Shown here one piece after another: positions 62,354 through 64,000 of a stretch of DNA of 64,000 nucleotides. The notes under the pieces were generated by a model. It was not told where the DNA came from. It did no database searches and was given only the letters and a program-made list of their open reading frames with translations. This DNA comes from Myxococcales bacterium (GTDB lineage: Bacteria > Myxococcota_A > Polyangia > Polyangiales > Ga0077539), in the NCBI GenBank assembly GCA_016792845.1, contig JAEUKH010000054.1, positions 131,708 through 195,707 on the forward strand. The letters run 5' to 3'. Position numbers and translations under genes: made by a program. Numbering within the stretch: position 1 is the first letter of the stretch; every line of letters begins with the position of its first letter.

Positions 62354-62591
62354 CACGAGGCGCCGAGAGTGAACACAGTCGACCCCGTTCTGCAACAGCG
62401 CACATGCCGCCGACCTGTCGCTCCAACACCTACAGAACAGGGGCGTGCCCGGTGAACAGCATTGTGTCCATGTAGGCGAGGGTGCGTGACGCGGCGCAAT
62501 GTCCCTTGAAAATACTGAAAATGTCTTGGGGCGTCGCAGTGCTGCGTCATGGCAAGGGCCTTGCTCATATCTCGCCTCGGAGGTCACTCGG

Positions 62592-63230
62592 ATGCGTGGT
62601 CAAGCAGGTTGGGGCGTGGTGGCGGGGATGGCGTTGATCGCTTCGTTGACGGGCTGTGCTCCGACTGAGTTTGACGACGACGACTGGGATGTTGACCCCT
62701 ACGACATGAGCGACGAGGCGATCTCGATTCCGGGGCGTTACGTCCCGCCCTCGTCAGTGTCGTCTTCGGGCGACCGTCAGTCGGTTCGGTACGACAACCC
62801 CCCTTCGTGGAGCGGGGGTCGGTACTGCACCGGGTCGATTACGGGGGGCGCGCGGGTGTTGGGCAACTATCTCCGCGCCAACTTTCGCGGGGTGAGTTCG
62901 TACGGCGGGTACTCGTGTCGGCCCAACACGGCCAACCGGTCGCAGCTCTCGGTGCACGGCACGGGGCGCGCGCTCGATGTGTTCATCCCGTTGTCGCGGG
63001 GCGCGGCAGACAACACCCTCGGCGACCCTGTGGTGAACTACCTCATCCAGAACGCGAGCGCCCTGGGCGTTCAGTTCATCGTGTGGGATCGCTCAAGCTG
63101 GAATCCCTCGCGCCCTGCGGGTCGCAAGACCCAGCCGTACACCGGCCCGCACCCGCACCACGACCACATCCACGTCGAGCTGAACACCGACGGCGCCGCC
63201 CAGCGCACGAGCTGGTTCCGCGGCCGCTGA
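62592..63230 (+). CDS. putative LAS-superfamily (M15-like) zinc peptidase lipoprotein
   Basis: ORF 62499-63230 trimmed to ATG at 62592. Lipobox MALIASLTGC. SVHGTGRALDVF and HHDHIHVE resemble the H-x-D ... H-x-H metal ligands of LAS enzymes. Confidence 0.5.
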   Translation: MRGQAGWGVVAGMALIASLTGCAPTEFDDDDWDVDPYDMSDEAISIPGRYVPPSSVSSSGDRQSVRYDNPPSWSGGRYCTGSITGGARVLGNYLRANFRGVSSYGGYSCRPNTANRSQLSVHGTGRALDVFIPLSRGAADNTLGDPVVNYLIQNASALGVQFIVWDRSSWNPSRPAGRKTQPYTGPHPHHDHIHVELNTDGAAQRTSWFRGR

Positions 63231-63358
63231 AGCGCGTCGCCCGCCTGTTGCCGCGGCCCGCGGTCGCGCCGTGGTTCGGTCGCGGTGGGGGCGATTTTTG
63301 TGATCGCCTGTCGTCGGTTTCGACAATTGATCACATGTTCGGGTGGTGCGGCGTTGTC

Positions 63359-63379
63359 GGGCAGGCACAAGGCCTGCCC
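63359..63379. repeat. REP-like hairpin H1: GGGCAGGC-ACAAG-GCCTGCCC
   Basis: 8-bp stem and 5-nt loop read directly. Preceded by GGTGCGGCGTTGTC and followed by GGTCACGATACGTATCCCCATCGC. Confidence 0.85.
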
Positions 63380-63474
63380 GGTCACGATACGTATCCCCAT
63401 CGCCCGTCGCCCGTCGCCCGTTGCGTGTTGGGCGTGTTTGTTGGCGCATTCACGTTTGTCGGTGCGGCGTCGTC

Positions 63475-63495
63475 GGGCAGGCACAAGGCCTGCCC
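63475..63495. repeat. REP-like hairpin H2 (identical to H1)
   Basis: Read directly. Preceded by GGTGCGGCGTCGTC, followed after 6 nt by GGTCACGATACGTGTCCCCATCGC. Confidence 0.85.
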
Positions 63496-63530
63496 GTACC
63501 CGGTCACGATACGTGTCCCCATCGCGGTAG

Positions 63531-63551
63531 GGGCGACCCTTGTGGTCGCCC
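63531..63551. repeat. REP-like hairpin H4: GGGCGACC-CTTGT-GGTCGCCC
   Basis: Read directly. The loop is the reverse complement of the H1 loop. The stem differs from H1 by paired, compensatory changes. Confidence 0.75.
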
Positions 63552-63743
63552 GTCGCGTGTCGCCCGTCGTCTGTCGCCCGTCGTCTGTCGCCCGTCGTCT
63601 GTCGCCCATCGCCCGTCGCGTGTCGCCCGCCGCGTGTCGCCCGTCGCGTGTCGCCCGTCGCGTGTCGCCCGTCGCCCGTTGCCCGTCGCGTGTCGCCCGT
63701 CGTCCGTCGCCCGCCGCGTGTCGCCCGTCGTCCGTCGCCCGCC
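63545..63743. repeat. 14-bp minisatellite, about 13 units of GTCGCCCGTCGYSY with occasional 7-bp half-unit insertions
   Basis: Units read directly at 63545, 63559, 63573, 63587, 63601 (21 nt), 63622, 63636, 63650, 63664 (28 nt), 63692, 63706, 63720 and 63734 (partial). Confidence 0.9.
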
Positions 63744-63766
63744 TTTCGACGATGGATCACATGTTC

Positions 63767-63787
63767 GGGCAGGCACAAGGCCTGCCC
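63767..63787. repeat. REP-like hairpin H3 (identical to H1)
   Basis: Read directly. Preceded by TTCGACGATGGATCACATGTTC, which matches TTCGACAATTGATCACATGTTC at 63319-63340. Confidence 0.85.
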
Positions 63788-63936
63788 CTACTGATCCGGA
63801 TGCGCGACCGTCGTGCGCGTCGTGTCGTTGTCGGCGGTTGCCGCATCTTCCGCCGTCGCCGCATCGCCACGCGCCGCCATGCCGTTGCGCGATCGTCGCA
63901 ATCACGCGTTTGGGGAGCCACAAGCCCTGCGCTTGC

Positions 63937-64000
63937 CTAAAACGCGACCCCAAACCCGAAGCGCAGGTAGGGCGCTGTGGCCGACACCTCGCCCATCGCA
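63937..64000 (-). CDS. 3' end of an outer-membrane beta-barrel-type protein (gene start lies beyond the window)
   Basis: Hand translation of the minus strand gives ...AMGEVSATAPYLRFGFGVAF followed by TAG (63939-63937). A terminal aromatic residue after alternating residues is typical of OM beta-barrels. Only 21 codons are visible. Confidence 0.35.
   Translation of the reverse strand, partial: AMGEVSATAPYLRFGFGVAF

Noticed and set aside
60944-62455. 503-aa plus-strand ORF opposite glgA
   Set aside because: An antisense shadow. The minus strand has the KIGGLGDV and C-terminal glycogen synthase motifs.
63545-63743. Possible CRISPR array
   Set aside because: The units are only 14 bp and directly abutting, with no unique spacers. 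No cas genes are in the window.
62807-63940. Long ORFs on both strands across the 63-kb repeat region (62807-63940 +, 63071-63778 -, 63504-63953 -)
   Set aside because: Their length comes from the stop-free 7/14-bp repeat. The translations are monotonous (RRATGDGRHATGD, VARRVSPVAC) on both strands, and the region is made of hairpins and tandem repeats.

Overview
64 kb of high-GC DNA (about 70% GC judged by eye, not computed). It is densely coding, and the gene content looks like a myxobacterial (Myxococcota) chromosome: TSP3-repeat OmpA proteins, many lipobox lipoproteins, a DUF1552/DUF1592 pair, tandem PilT paralogues and a 1754-aa kinase/ATPase/GAF/cyclase. I call about 53 protein-coding genes, two of them cut by the window edges. 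I found no rRNA, tRNA, CRISPR, transposase or integrase. All product calls rest on motifs I recognise in the translations; no database search was possible.

Gene blocks, in order:
- ccmF-ccmH fusion with accessory genes, a Bcp peroxiredoxin and a TrmN6-like methyltransferase (3.2-9.5 kb).
- A long minus-strand unit: glpA, glpB, a TPR membrane protein, a 76-aa protein, a radical-SAM/SPASM enzyme and two small membrane proteins (9.5-15.4 kb).
- A TrmY-like SPOUT methyltransferase and an SrkA-GNAT fusion.
- A DUF1592/DUF1552 operon with lipoproteins and a hydrolase.
- A TonB-dependent receptor with two lipoproteins.
- OmpA-TSP3, a vWA-like lipoprotein and a Roadblock/LC7 protein.
- A zinc-ribbon coiled-coil protein, a creatininase-family protein and the giant kinase-cyclase.
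- CrtI-family desaturase and carotenoid oxygenase, then rhlE.
- An rRNA methyltransferase, two PilT-like ATPases and a sulfonate-type ABC transporter.
- An XRE-cupin regulator with cysC, sulfite reductase and cysH.
- miaA, glgA and a LAS-type peptidase.

Most unusual signals:
1. Two families of short AT-rich palindromes recur as local arrays. CTGAGTCWGACTCAG has 7 copies at 6.4-12.6 kb. TTGACA-N3-TGTCAA has 8 copies at 29.4-38.8 kb. Most copies lie inside genes, and their sequence tracks the reading frame in a way that argues for selection on the DNA word.
2. A five-gene radical-SAM/SPASM operon is joined by start/stop overlaps and includes an unannotated small ORF.
3. An intergenic cluster of REP-like hairpins with a 14-bp minisatellite lies at 63.2-63.9 kb.
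4. Two tandem PilT paralogues carry an extra N-terminal domain.
5. A kinase-cyclase/creatininase/zinc-ribbon operon.
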